Below, piece by piece: positions 45,417 to 55,438 of a stretch of DNA of 64,000 nucleotides. The notes under the pieces were generated by a model. It ran no database searches, was not told the DNA's origin, and saw nothing but the letters and a program-made list of their open reading frames with translations. Numbering within the stretch: position 1 is the stretch's first letter; every line of letters starts with the position of its first letter. Both the position numbers and the translations under genes were made by a program. The DNA comes from Bdellovibrionales bacterium (GTDB lineage: Bacteria; Bdellovibrionota; Bdellovibrionia; Bdellovibrionales; UBA1609), in NCBI GenBank assembly GCA_965200875.1, contig OZ241456.1, forward strand, positions 1,241,159 to 1,305,158, written 5' to 3'.

Positions 45417-46466
45417 ATGGAAAAGCTGAATACATATATTAAAAAGTTCTATAATTTTTTAAAAACACATAAGAATAAATGGCTTGTTTTAATTACTTTT
45501 TCGCTGTTATTTTTTCTTGTTTTATTTCCTTACGAATCAGCCGTATTGTATTTAACAAATCAGCTAAACAAACAAACAAAATCTTCAGTTCAATTACAAT
45601 ATGACAGTTTCTTCATCAATCCATTAGGTCCAAGCCTTGTTTTCAGAAATCCTAAAATCTTCATGGCAGGAAATCAAAACGCTTTTACTGCGAAAAAGTT
45701 AACTCTTCAACCTTCTTACAAATCCCTGTTACAATTAAAACCGGGAGGGATCATCACTCTACAGTGGTTACAAGAAGCCTCTCTTAGTTTAACTGTCCGA
45801 AAAACACAAATTAAAAAAAAGACAACAGGTTGGCTATTTCATATAAAAGCACAAAATTTCAACCCGTTTTTTCTTAGCACTTTTTTTCCGGTAATGTCAA
45901 AAGTGAGTGGAAAAATAAATATCTCTATAGAAATGCTTTTAGATCCTCTTTTTGAAACTCAACCAAAAGGGGTTTGGAATATAAGTGGACAAAATATTCA
46001 AAGTCGTTTCTCATCCTACACAATTCCCAATAATCCCACTTTTGGTGCTATCACGCTTCCTTATTTTAAATGGAACCAGATCCATTCAAATGGCAAAATA
46101 CAAAATGGTGAAATCATCATTTCTGATTTTTCTCTGGGGGAAAATAAGGACACTTCTCAAATAAAAACCAGAGGGGTTTTACGAATCGACTTTAAAAAAC
46201 ATATTGCCTCAAAACGAATCAAAACACAGCTAAGGCAATATGATATAGGCTTGGATATGTCACTAAGTGAAGATATGAAAAATCAGTTTTATCCTTCTTT
46301 GGACATATTGTTATCCAATATTGGTTCCAAAACTCCGCAAGGATGGCGCTATTTGGGTCTTGTAAAAGGTGCCAGTTTTTCCATTCCCCGCTTGTCTCCT
46401 GTTTCAAAACTACCCACTTTACAGGAAATACAAAACCCCAAAGAACCGGAACTGGAAAATTTTTAA
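45417..46466 (+). CDS. GspN-like protein
   Basis: Last gene of the cluster, with an N-terminal TM segment (WLVLITFSLLFFLVLF). Confidence 0.4.
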   Translation: MEKLNTYIKKFYNFLKTHKNKWLVLITFSLLFFLVLFPYESAVLYLTNQLNKQTKSSVQLQYDSFFINPLGPSLVFRNPKIFMAGNQNAFTAKKLTLQPSYKSLLQLKPGGIITLQWLQEASLSLTVRKTQIKKKTTGWLFHIKAQNFNPFFLSTFFPVMSKVSGKINISIEMLLDPLFETQPKGVWNISGQNIQSRFSSYTIPNNPTFGAITLPYFKWNQIHSNGKIQNGEIIISDFSLGENKDTSQIKTRGVLRIDFKKHIASKRIKTQLRQYDIGLDMSLSEDMKNQFYPSLDILLSNIGSKTPQGWRYLGLVKGASFSIPRLSPVSKLPTLQEIQNPKEPELENF

Positions 46467-46586
46467 AGGTTTTGTTGTAAAACCTTTTATTTTCCTGCAA
46501 AATAAATAATGTAAAAAGCAGGAATAAATATTAAAATATTGCTTTTTAAAAACTTTGCATTTATTTTCAGGAAAAGGAGAAAATCA

Positions 46587-46847
46587 ATGATGACTAAAAT
46601 AAAAATCTATTCCAAGACCACTTGCCCAGCCTGTGTTATGGCAAAAAATCTCTTGGATAAAAAGGGTGTGAAATATGAAGAAATCATATTGGATAACAAA
46701 CCCGATGAAATTCAAGAGCTTATGAACAGTACAGGTATGAAAACTGTTCCGCAAATTTTTATTAATGGTGAATTAATAGGTGGCTGTTCTGATTTAATAG
46801 ACCTAGATGAACAAAAAAAACTGGATCCTCTTCTTAATTGCAAATGA
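46587..46847 (+). CDS. grxC: glutaredoxin
   Basis: MMTKIKIYSKTTCPACVMAK...TVPQIFINGELIGGCSDL. ATG 46587 follows AGGAG. Confidence 0.8.
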   Translation: MMTKIKIYSKTTCPACVMAKNLLDKKGVKYEEIILDNKPDEIQELMNSTGMKTVPQIFINGELIGGCSDLIDLDEQKKLDPLLNCK

Positions 46848-47977
46848 AAAACAGGCTTTCAAAGGTCAGACTTGGCATTTTAGGGGGTGGGCAATTAGCC
46901 AGAATGATGGCTTTAAAAAGTCATGAAATGGGCATCCAACCTTATATTTTAAGTTCTCATCCTCAAGATCCTGCCGCTCAAGTCACATCCCACTTCATTC
47001 AAGGGAATTTAAACTCCAAAAAGGATCTTAAAAACTTTTTAAATAAAGTGGACCTGGTTATATTTGAAAATGAATTTGTGGATATGACTCTACTATCTTC
47101 AATCGTCGCGAAAAGCAAAACACCTGTACATCCCAAACCAAAAACCATGCACCTTCTGCAAGATCGCATGAAGCAAAAAAAACTACTCAAAAAACACTTT
47201 ATACCCACCTCAAATTTTATTGAAATTCACTCCCTTAAACAAATACAGAATTTATCCAAAATGTTTCCTGAAAAAATCGTCTTGAAAAAGAGACTACAAG
47301 GCTACGATGGCACAGGAATTTTAATCATAAAAGACATCAAGAAAACCAAAGAGATCCAACAGTTTTTCGGCAAAAATATACAGCTGATTGCCGAAGAATA
47401 TATACCTTTTAAAAAAGAACTGGCCATTATTTTAGTAAGAAATAGAAAAAAACAAATTGTTGAGCTTCCTCTGGTGGAAACACATCAAAAAGACGCTTGT
47501 TGTCTCTGGGTGAGAGGTCCTGTGCAACACGCACAAAAAGACAATTTGGTTAAGAAATTAAAAGTCATGATGAATGAAATTGATTATGAAGGTGTAATGG
47601 CCTTTGAATTGTTTGAAACTAAAGAAGGCTCCTTGATGGTAAACGAGTTGGCACCACGGGTTCATAATTCTGGACACTACTCTTTGGACGCCCTCAGTGA
47701 AGATCAATTCTCACTGCACATTAAAGCTGTTTTGAATTTGGATATTCAAACATCCAAAAAATTTACCGGCGGATTTGCCATGCTAAACCTTTTAGGAGAG
47801 AAACAATCAAAGAAATGGCTGTATCCCCCTGGAACAAAGCTATATTGGTATGGTAAAAAGGAAAGCCGGCCTGGAAGAAAAATGGGACATATAAACAACT
47901 TGGACAGCTCTCCGAACAAAGCACTTGTTAGCCTTTTGGATTTTTTAAACAATATGAAAAATAAAAGGGTAGTATGA
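46838..47977 (+). CDS. purK: N5-carboxyaminoimidazole ribonucleotide synthase
   Basis: [13 protein letters not shown], an ATP-grasp body and RKMGHIN, located upstream of purE. Confidence 0.85.
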   Translation: MQMKNRLSKVRLGILGGGQLARMMALKSHEMGIQPYILSSHPQDPAAQVTSHFIQGNLNSKKDLKNFLNKVDLVIFENEFVDMTLLSSIVAKSKTPVHPKPKTMHLLQDRMKQKKLLKKHFIPTSNFIEIHSLKQIQNLSKMFPEKIVLKKRLQGYDGTGILIIKDIKKTKEIQQFFGKNIQLIAEEYIPFKKELAIILVRNRKKQIVELPLVETHQKDACCLWVRGPVQHAQKDNLVKKLKVMMNEIDYEGVMAFELFETKEGSLMVNELAPRVHNSGHYSLDALSEDQFSLHIKAVLNLDIQTSKKFTGGFAMLNLLGEKQSKKWLYPPGTKLYWYGKKESRPGRKMGHINNLDSSPNKALVSLLDFLNNMKNKRVV

Positions 47978-48477
47978 AAAAAAAAACCAGTAGTAAAAAC
48001 AAACCCGTAGTGTCTGTAATTATGGGAAGTGACTCAGATTGGCCAACTATGCAATCTGCCATTCCTGTATTAAAAGAATTTAATATTCCTTATGAAGTAA
48101 AAGTGGTGTCTGCCCATCGAACACCAAAACTCATGCAAAAGCACGCTGAAGCTTGCCAAAAAAGAGGAATTAAGGTGATTATAGCCGGGGCGGGAGGAGC
48201 GGCCCACCTTCCGGGAATGATTGCTTCTCTTACTCCTCTGCCTGTTATTGGTGTACCGATCATGACAAAAAAGCTTAAGGGTCTCGATTCTTTATTGTCC
48301 ATAGCACAAATGCCAAAAGGAATACCTGTCGCTACTGTGGCTGTGGATAACAGTTATAACTCGGCTTTATTGGCTCTGAGAATACTATCCGTTGGAAAAT
48401 CAACGCTTATTAAAAAAATGACTGAATACATGAATCAACAAAAAGAAAAAAGCAAAACCAAAAAAATACCTGTTTGA
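47974..48477 (+). CDS. purE: N5-CAIR mutase
   Basis: [22 protein letters not shown], and PVIGVP. Confidence 0.9.
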   Translation: MKKKTSSKNKPVVSVIMGSDSDWPTMQSAIPVLKEFNIPYEVKVVSAHRTPKLMQKHAEACQKRGIKVIIAGAGGAAHLPGMIASLTPLPVIGVPIMTKKLKGLDSLLSIAQMPKGIPVATVAVDNSYNSALLALRILSVGKSTLIKKMTEYMNQQKEKSKTKKIPV

Positions 48478-48700
48478 AGAAAAATCTCCTGACTTCCATA
48501 TTATAAACCATATTAAATAAGTGATTTCAAAGGTTTACAAAGCCAAAGTGGCGACTAATGACATAGTTGATTTACAGGACTTATGGTGCTATTGTCCAGA
48601 ACAAATGTTATCGTTTAACAACATACAATGTTTTTCAAAAGTAGCTGTTTATTATCCAACATTCTGAAAACAAAACTATTTAAACTGGAGAATACAAAAA

Positions 48701-49690
48701 ATGAACTATTGTCGTATCAGCGGAATAGGATGTTATTTGCCGAAAAAAATATTAACCAACCAGGATCTGGAAAAAATAGTGAACACTTCAGATGAATGGA
48801 TTAAACAAAGAACCGGCATTGAACAAAGACATATCTCTAATGAAAACGAATTACCCAGTGATATGGCACTGAAGGCTTCTTTAAGTGCTTTGGAACAAAG
48901 CCAGCTGAAACCGGAAGATTTGGATTTTATCCTCGTCGCCACTCTTTACCCCGATCAACTCATGCCAAATACAGCCTGTGAGTTACAAAAAAAAATGAAT
49001 ATTTCCAGTATTCCCTGCCTAGATATTTCCGCCGCTTGCAGTGGTTTTGTATATGGTCTGAGTATAGCCAATCAATATATTCAAACCGGAACTTATAAAA
49101 ATATTCTTTTAGTGGGAACAGAAACTTTACACCATGTCACCAATTATGAAGATCGCTCCACCTGTATCCTTTTTGGAGATGGAGCAGGTGCTTTTGTGTT
49201 ATCACAAAACAAAGAACCGGAAAAAGGCAAAGTGTATCATCAAGCCTTAAATGCGTACGGAGAGCTGGGACCAGCCCTTTTTATCCCTTCACCGGGAGCA
49301 AAACACGCTGAAAAAACAAGCTCCCAACCAAATAAAGCACAAACCTGCATCCAAATGGATGGACAAAAAGTATTTAAAAAAGCTTTGCAAATTATGTGTG
49401 AATCCTATCAAAAAACATTGGAAGACACTCAATTTTCCCCGGAACAAATTGACTGGATAGTGCCCCATCAAGCCAACGAAAGAATTTTAAAAAAGTTTTG
49501 CAAACTTATTGACTTTCCTGAAGAAAAAGTAGTTTTTGATATCAGAGAAACAGGAAACACCTCTTCCGCTTCCATTCCTTTATCTATGGCCCGTGCTGTA
49601 AAAAAAGGAAAAATCAAAAGAGGGCAAAATATTTTAATGATTGCTATGGGAGGTGGAATGACAAGCGGTTCTCTCTTATTAAGATATTAA
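48701..49690 (+). CDS. fabH: 3-oxoacyl-ACP synthase III
   Basis: SAACSGFVYGL active-site Cys, HQAN and GNTSSASIP motifs. Confidence 0.9.
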   Translation: MNYCRISGIGCYLPKKILTNQDLEKIVNTSDEWIKQRTGIEQRHISNENELPSDMALKASLSALEQSQLKPEDLDFILVATLYPDQLMPNTACELQKKMNISSIPCLDISAACSGFVYGLSIANQYIQTGTYKNILLVGTETLHHVTNYEDRSTCILFGDGAGAFVLSQNKEPEKGKVYHQALNAYGELGPALFIPSPGAKHAEKTSSQPNKAQTCIQMDGQKVFKKALQIMCESYQKTLEDTQFSPEQIDWIVPHQANERILKKFCKLIDFPEEKVVFDIRETGNTSSASIPLSMARAVKKGKIKRGQNILMIAMGGGMTSGSLLLRY

Positions 49691-49743
49691 AAGGAAAGGA
49701 GACGGGGCCGGCAGAGTAAAATCAACCAGCCTCAAAGAAAAAT

Positions 49744-50709
49744 ATGTGGGCAGTTTTATTCCCAGGACAGGGTTCACAAACCATAGGTATGGGAAAGTTT
49801 TACTATGAACAGTTTCAAACAGCCAGAGAGCTGTTTGAATCCGCTTCTGACGAACTGAAAATAGATTTTAAAAAATTGTGTTTTGAAGGGCCAGAAGAGG
49901 ATTTAATACTGACTCAAAACACGCAACCTGCTATTGTGTTGGTTTCCTGCACGGCTTGGTTTTGCCTCGCCAATGAAATAGATCTAAGTTTTATCAAATA
50001 TTGCGCAGGACACTCTGTGGGGGAATATTCCGCTCTCGTGTCCGCAGGAGTTCTTTCTTTAAATTCCGCTCTGAAAGCCGTTCGGCAAAGAGGCTTGTAT
50101 ATGAGTGAATCATGCCCTCCTGGAAAAGGAGGAATGAGTGCTCTTATCGGCCCATCCCCTGAATCCGCTAAAAAATTTTGCAAATGGGTGGAGAAAAAAA
50201 GTGGCAATACACCTTTGGAAACTGCCAACTTTAACAGCCCCGGGCAAACTGTTCTCAGTGGCTCATCATCAGCCTTAAACTGGGCCAAAGAGCATTATCA
50301 GGAATATTTTTCTTCGGAGGAAAAAACACGAATAATTCCCTTAAAAGTATCCGCACCATTCCATTCTTCTCTTATGGATCCTGCATGTAAAAAAATGGAC
50401 AGATTTTTAAAAACACTTCCCTTTAAAAAACCAAATAAAATGATAGTGCAAAACACCATCGCATGTGCCAAACGCAATCCCAGTACCATCCGTACAAACT
50501 TAATTGCACAGGTAAAAGCCCCCGTTTTATGGCTTCAATCCATGCAGTACTTATTTGAACAAGGATGTAGCTGTTTTTTAGAACTGGGAGAAGGAAAAAT
50601 ACTGGCCGGATTGATGAAAAAAACAAACAGCTCAAAATCCCTGTTCCATTTCCATTCCCTGAAAGATATACAAATATTGCGTAATCAAATAAGCAATGGT
50701 AAGGTTTGA
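49744..50709 (+). CDS. fabD: malonyl-CoA:ACP transacylase
   Basis: LFPGQGSQ and GHSVGEYSAL (GHSxG). Confidence 0.9.
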   Translation: MWAVLFPGQGSQTIGMGKFYYEQFQTARELFESASDELKIDFKKLCFEGPEEDLILTQNTQPAIVLVSCTAWFCLANEIDLSFIKYCAGHSVGEYSALVSAGVLSLNSALKAVRQRGLYMSESCPPGKGGMSALIGPSPESAKKFCKWVEKKSGNTPLETANFNSPGQTVLSGSSSALNWAKEHYQEYFSSEEKTRIIPLKVSAPFHSSLMDPACKKMDRFLKTLPFKKPNKMIVQNTIACAKRNPSTIRTNLIAQVKAPVLWLQSMQYLFEQGCSCFLELGEGKILAGLMKKTNSSKSLFHFHSLKDIQILRNQISNGKV

Positions 50710-50748
50710 TCTTATAACTCTTACAAAAGAAACTTTAAAGGATTAACC

Positions 50749-51483
50749 ATGCAATTATTAAAAGATCAATGTGTGATGGTTACTGGATCCTGTCGTGGAA
50801 TTGGATCTGCTATTGTAAAATATCTGTCCCAATGTTCAGCACGAGTGGCTGTTACTTATGTGTCCTCAAAAGAAAAGGCTCAAAAAACTTTTCAGGAACT
50901 TAGTGGTTCAGGACATTTATTGTTGCAAATGGATGTCACAAACCCGGAGTCTGTGAAAAAAGCTTTCGAACAATTTATGAATCACTTTGGCACTTTATCG
51001 GCTTTAGTGAATAACGCGGGAATCACTAAAGATGGACTACTCCTGAGAATGAAAGATGAGGATTTTAGCACCGTCCTTAAAACAAACCTCTATGGAAGCT
51101 TTTACTGCTCTAGGACAGCTACCAAATACATGATTAAGGCACGCAAAGGACATATTATAAATATATCTTCTGTTGTGGCTCAAACAGGAAACCCAGGACA
51201 AACCAACTATGTAGCCAGTAAAGCAGGCATTGAAGGGCTGACCAGAGCAATGGCCAATGAACTGGCCGGAAGAAATATCAAAGTAAATGCCATTGCCCCA
51301 GGATTTATTCAAACTGATATGACAGAGAAACTAAGCGCCCAGCAAATTCAGACTATTACGGAAAGAATACCTCTCAAAAAATTGGGCTGGCCAAAGGATA
51401 TCGCGGAAACAGTAACTTTCCTGCTTGGTTCTGAATATATAACAGGGCAAGTCATTTCTGTAAATGGGGGCCTGGCTATGTAA
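50749..51483 (+). CDS. fabG: 3-oxoacyl-ACP reductase
   Basis: TGSCRGIG, NNAGI, YVASKAG (YxxxK), and the C-terminal ITGQVISVNGGLAM. Confidence 0.9.
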   Translation: MQLLKDQCVMVTGSCRGIGSAIVKYLSQCSARVAVTYVSSKEKAQKTFQELSGSGHLLLQMDVTNPESVKKAFEQFMNHFGTLSALVNNAGITKDGLLLRMKDEDFSTVLKTNLYGSFYCSRTATKYMIKARKGHIINISSVVAQTGNPGQTNYVASKAGIEGLTRAMANELAGRNIKVNAIAPGFIQTDMTEKLSAQQIQTITERIPLKKLGWPKDIAETVTFLLGSEYITGQVISVNGGLAM

Positions 51484-51574
51484 GAGGTTTGTTGACCTCT
51501 TTAAAAAAGTATTTTTTAATAAGCGCGAATCAAAAAAACACAATTTTTAACACAGTGGAAAGACAGGAGGAAAT

Positions 51575-51820
51575 ATGAGTATCGAAGAAAAAGTAACTTC
51601 CATTATTGTAGAACAGCTGGGAGTGGAAAAAGACAAAGTGAAACCGGAATCCTCTTTCACAGATGATTTAGGAGCGGACAGTATGGATATCGTGGAGCTG
51701 GTTATGGCCTTTGAAGAGAATTTTTCCATTGAAATACCGGATCAGGAAGAAGAGAATATTCGCACTGTTCAAGATGCTATTGATTACATAAAAGAAAATC
51801 AAAATCCGCAAAACGGGTAA
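51575..51820 (+). CDS. acpP: acyl carrier protein
   Basis: [18 protein letters not shown], which carries the phosphopantetheine Ser. Confidence 0.9.
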   Translation: MSIEEKVTSIIVEQLGVEKDKVKPESSFTDDLGADSMDIVELVMAFEENFSIEIPDQEEENIRTVQDAIDYIKENQNPQNG

Positions 51821-51823
51821 AAG

Positions 51824-53059
51824 ATGAGAAAAGTTGTTGTCACGGGTTTGGGAGCTGTTACCCCTCTTGGAACTGGAGTCAAAAAAAGCTGGTCTGCTGT
51901 ATTAAACGCCTTATCAGGAATTGATACTATTCAGGCTATTCCAACAGATTCTCTGAATATAAAAATTGCTGGAGAGGCCACTGATTTTTCTGCTGATAAT
52001 TGGCTCTCCCCAAAAGAGCAAAAAAGAACAAGTCGCTTTATCCATTTAGCCATCAGCAGTGCTGGTCAGGCTATTCAATCTTCCGGGTTAAACTTTGAAC
52101 AAGAGGAAAACTTAAAAGAAAGAACTGGTGTCTTAATAGGAGCTGGCATAGGTGCTCTTCCCATCATCGAAGAACACTCTATACGGCTCAAACAAAATAA
52201 ACGGCTTTCCCCTTTTTTCATTCCCGCTGTTATTGTCAACTCAGCTTCAGGACAAATAAGCATTAAATGGAAATTAAAAGGGCCTAATTTTTCCACTGTA
52301 TCTGCCTGTGCTTCCGGTGCTCATGCCATTGGTGAATCCTGCCGATGGATTAAAGAAGGTATTTGTGATGTCGTGGTCAGTGGAGGAACAGAATCTGTTA
52401 TCTCTCCTTTGGCCTTTCAGGGTTTTCACGCTATGCGTGCACTTTCCACGAGAAACAATGAACCGAAGAAAGCTTCACGCCCCTGGGATAAAGAAAGAGA
52501 TGGTTTTATTCTCAGTGAAGGTTCCGGGGTTTTAATCCTAGAAGAAGAACAAAGAGCGAAAAAAAGAAATGCACCCATTTACGCAGAACTTATTGGCTAT
52601 GGTTCTTCCTCTGACGCCCACCATATTGCCGCACCAGAACCTAATGGAAAAGGTGCGCAGATGGCTATGCTGACAGCCTTAAAATCCGCAAATATATCTC
52701 CAGAAGAAGTGCAGTATATTAATGCTCACGGCACAAGCACCCCTGCTGGTGATGTGGCCGAAGCCAAAGCCATTCAATCCGTTTTTAAAGATCATAGCCA
52801 AAAAATCTGGATCAGCAGTACAAAAAGTATGACTGGACACACTTTGGGTGCGGCGGGAGCTATTGAAAGTGTATTCTCCATTTTAAGCCTTTGCAATCAA
52901 ACAGCACCTCCCACTATCAATTTAGACAATCCTGACAATGAATATAAGCTGGATTTTGTACCTCACAAAGCACGCGAAGGGAAAATAAACATAGCTTTGA
53001 ACAACAGCTTCGGTTTTGGTGGCACAAATGCCTGTTTGCTGTTTAAAAAATATTCATAA
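51824..53059 (+). CDS. fabF: 3-oxoacyl-ACP synthase II
   Basis: VSACASGAHAIG, NAHGTSTPAGD, and the C-terminal SFGFGGTNA. Confidence 0.9.
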   Translation: MRKVVVTGLGAVTPLGTGVKKSWSAVLNALSGIDTIQAIPTDSLNIKIAGEATDFSADNWLSPKEQKRTSRFIHLAISSAGQAIQSSGLNFEQEENLKERTGVLIGAGIGALPIIEEHSIRLKQNKRLSPFFIPAVIVNSASGQISIKWKLKGPNFSTVSACASGAHAIGESCRWIKEGICDVVVSGGTESVISPLAFQGFHAMRALSTRNNEPKKASRPWDKERDGFILSEGSGVLILEEEQRAKKRNAPIYAELIGYGSSSDAHHIAAPEPNGKGAQMAMLTALKSANISPEEVQYINAHGTSTPAGDVAEAKAIQSVFKDHSQKIWISSTKSMTGHTLGAAGAIESVFSILSLCNQTAPPTINLDNPDNEYKLDFVPHKAREGKINIALNNSFGFGGTNACLLFKKYS

Positions 53060-53132
53060 AACGAAAGTGCTTATCATATACCGACAAAAAAGCTATAAAT
53101 AATGAAATCACCAAAATAAATGGAGAATAAAA

Positions 53133-53615
53133 GTGAACGAGTCAAAAAAAATTTTTATCGCCAATGATCACGCCGGTTTTCAGCTTAAAAAATTTTTAAT
53201 GAATAAAAATACAACACAAAATTGGAAAGACTTGGGAGTATTTAATGAGAAAACAAGCGACTACCCCGAACAAGCAGAAAAATTATGTTGCCACATTCTG
53301 GAAAACATATCTTCTGACGAACCACCTCTCGGTGTTTTGATATGCGGAAGCGGACAAGGAATGGCCATAAAAGCCAACCGTTTTCCCGGTATTCGAGCTA
53401 TACTGGCCTGGGATGAGCAAAGTTGTCGCCTAGCGAGGGAGCATAATAAAGCCAATGTATTATGCTTGGGAGCGCGGTTGATTCCTTTTGAAACCGCTGA
53501 CAATATATTTAAAGTGTTTATTAGCGCAGTCTTCACAGGTGGACGCCATAGCGACAGAATAAAAAATCTGGATAAAAACATCCTTTGCCAAACAACAGAA
53601 AAAAATTGTTTATAG
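53133..53615 (+). CDS. rpiB: ribose-5-phosphate isomerase B
   Basis: IFIANDHAGF, LICGSGQGMAIKANR, and a GTG start. Confidence 0.8.
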   Translation: MNESKKIFIANDHAGFQLKKFLMNKNTTQNWKDLGVFNEKTSDYPEQAEKLCCHILENISSDEPPLGVLICGSGQGMAIKANRFPGIRAILAWDEQSCRLAREHNKANVLCLGARLIPFETADNIFKVFISAVFTGGRHSDRIKNLDKNILCQTTEKNCL

Positions 53616-53624
53616 GAAACTACA

Positions 53625-54878
53625 ATGGAAGAAAAAAACACAATTCTTAAAAATAATGATGAGCAGATTTTCTCTGCCATAGAACGGGAAAAAAGGCGAC
53701 AAAAAGAAGGATTGGAGCTAATTGCCTCTGAAAATTATGTATCTCCAAATGTACTGAGAGCACAAGGATCCATCCTGACCAATAAATACGCTGAAGGCTA
53801 CCCAGGAAAAAGATATTATGGCGGATGCGAATTTGTAGATATAGTGGAATCTCTCGCCATAGAGAGAGCTATAAAATTATTTTCTGCAGAACATGCTAAT
53901 GTACAACCCCACTCTGGTTCTCAGGCCAATATGGCTGTATATTTCGCAATAGCACGACCTGGAGACTCTATCATGGGAATGGACCTATCTCATGGTGGAC
54001 ATCTCACTCATGGATCACCTGTCAATTTCAGTGGTTCTGTTTTTCAATCTGACTTTTATCAGCTAAACCCAAAAACAGATCTCTTGGACTATGATCAAAT
54101 TGAAGCTAAAGTGAAAACAAGAAAACCTAAAATCCTTATCGCCGGGCATAGTGCCTATCCTCGTATTCCCGACTTCAAAAGTTTTCGAGAGATTGCCGAT
54201 CGCGTGGGAGCAACTTTAATAGTGGATATGGCGCACTTTGCTGGATTAGTGGCAGGAGGCGTACACCCTTCTCCCGTACCTTATGCAGATTTTATCACTT
54301 CCACCACTCATAAAACTTTAAGAGGTCCACGAGGGGGGTTAATTTTGTGCTCAAAAGAAAACAGCAAAAAACTGGATAAGGCTATTTTCCCAGGCACTCA
54401 AGGGGGACCTTTAATGCACATCATTTCTGCCAAAGCCGTTTCTTTTCAGGAAGCCTTACAGACTTCCTTTAAGCAATATGCTCAACAAATTGTCTCTAAC
54501 GCGAAAACTCTGGCTGAAACCTTAACGGAATACGGCTTTTCTCTCGTAACAGGAGGAACAGACAATCATCTTATTTTAATCAATTTATCCAACAAAAATA
54601 TTACCGGTAAAAAAGCAGAAACGGTTTTAGGCCAAGCAGGGATTACCGTAAATAAAAACACTGTGCCCGGGGAAACTTTATCCCCTTTTATCACCAGTGG
54701 CATTCGCATTGGTACACCTGCCATAACCACAAGGGGAATGGGTGTGGAAGAAATGAAACAAATCGCTAAGTGGATTCAACAAACTTTGGAAAACCCAAAC
54801 GACGAAAAACACTTAAGTAAAATAGCCAACGAGGTAAAAGAGCTATGTTTAAAGTTTCCTGTCTTCTCCTCAAAATAA
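53625..54878 (+). CDS. glyA: serine hydroxymethyltransferase
   Basis: [19 protein letters not shown], and [14 protein letters not shown], which carries the PLP Lys. Confidence 0.92.
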   Translation: MEEKNTILKNNDEQIFSAIEREKRRQKEGLELIASENYVSPNVLRAQGSILTNKYAEGYPGKRYYGGCEFVDIVESLAIERAIKLFSAEHANVQPHSGSQANMAVYFAIARPGDSIMGMDLSHGGHLTHGSPVNFSGSVFQSDFYQLNPKTDLLDYDQIEAKVKTRKPKILIAGHSAYPRIPDFKSFREIADRVGATLIVDMAHFAGLVAGGVHPSPVPYADFITSTTHKTLRGPRGGLILCSKENSKKLDKAIFPGTQGGPLMHIISAKAVSFQEALQTSFKQYAQQIVSNAKTLAETLTEYGFSLVTGGTDNHLILINLSNKNITGKKAETVLGQAGITVNKNTVPGETLSPFITSGIRIGTPAITTRGMGVEEMKQIAKWIQQTLENPNDEKHLSKIANEVKELCLKFPVFSSK

Positions 54879-54880
54879 AT

Positions 54881-55360
54881 ATGCTCGGCTCAAAACTTCC
54901 AGAGCAGGTGCTTTCTTTTGCAAAAAGAAAAAAAATAACAGGCTTGGCTTTAGCTCTTTTGTTAAGCGCATGCGCTTCCCGAACAAATCAACCCGATTTT
55001 ACCTGGCCAGTGAATCCGCCACTAACTTTATCCAGAAAACACTCTATTTACCATGAAGGTATTGATTTTCCCAAAACCACCGGGCAACCCGTGTTCTCCT
55101 CGGCAGGAGGGACAGTAATATATGCCGGCTCGCAATTTTCCGGATACGGAAAAGTGATTATTATTGAGCATCAATATAATTGGGCCAGCCTATACGGACA
55201 TTTAAGCAAAATACTGGTTAAAAACGGTAGTTCTGTCAGGAAACGGGAGAAGATAGGAGAAGTTGGAAATACTGGACGATCCTCCTCCCCTCATTTACAT
55301 TTTGAATTAATACACAAAAAACAACCTGTGAACCCTGTTCCCTATTTGCCAAACCCATGA
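54881..55360 (+). CDS. M23-family peptidase lipoprotein
   Basis: Lipobox LLSAC, YHEGIDF, and GNTGRSSSPHLHFE. ATG 54881 lies just after the glyA stop. Confidence 0.8.
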   Translation: MLGSKLPEQVLSFAKRKKITGLALALLLSACASRTNQPDFTWPVNPPLTLSRKHSIYHEGIDFPKTTGQPVFSSAGGTVIYAGSQFSGYGKVIIIEHQYNWASLYGHLSKILVKNGSSVRKREKIGEVGNTGRSSSPHLHFELIHKKQPVNPVPYLPNP

Positions 55361-55438
55361 ATAAACTTTTCTTCCAGAATAGAATGGAAAGAAGTTTAAG
55401 TCTTGTGTTTATGGCACAGAGCTGATAGTATTTTAAGC

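Noticed and set aside
48478-48700. 223-bp gap upstream of fabH with a short inverted repeat (atgtt...aacat) that could be a FapR/FabT-type operator.
   Set aside because: The repeat is short and imperfect, and no cognate regulator gene is visible, so the support is too weak.
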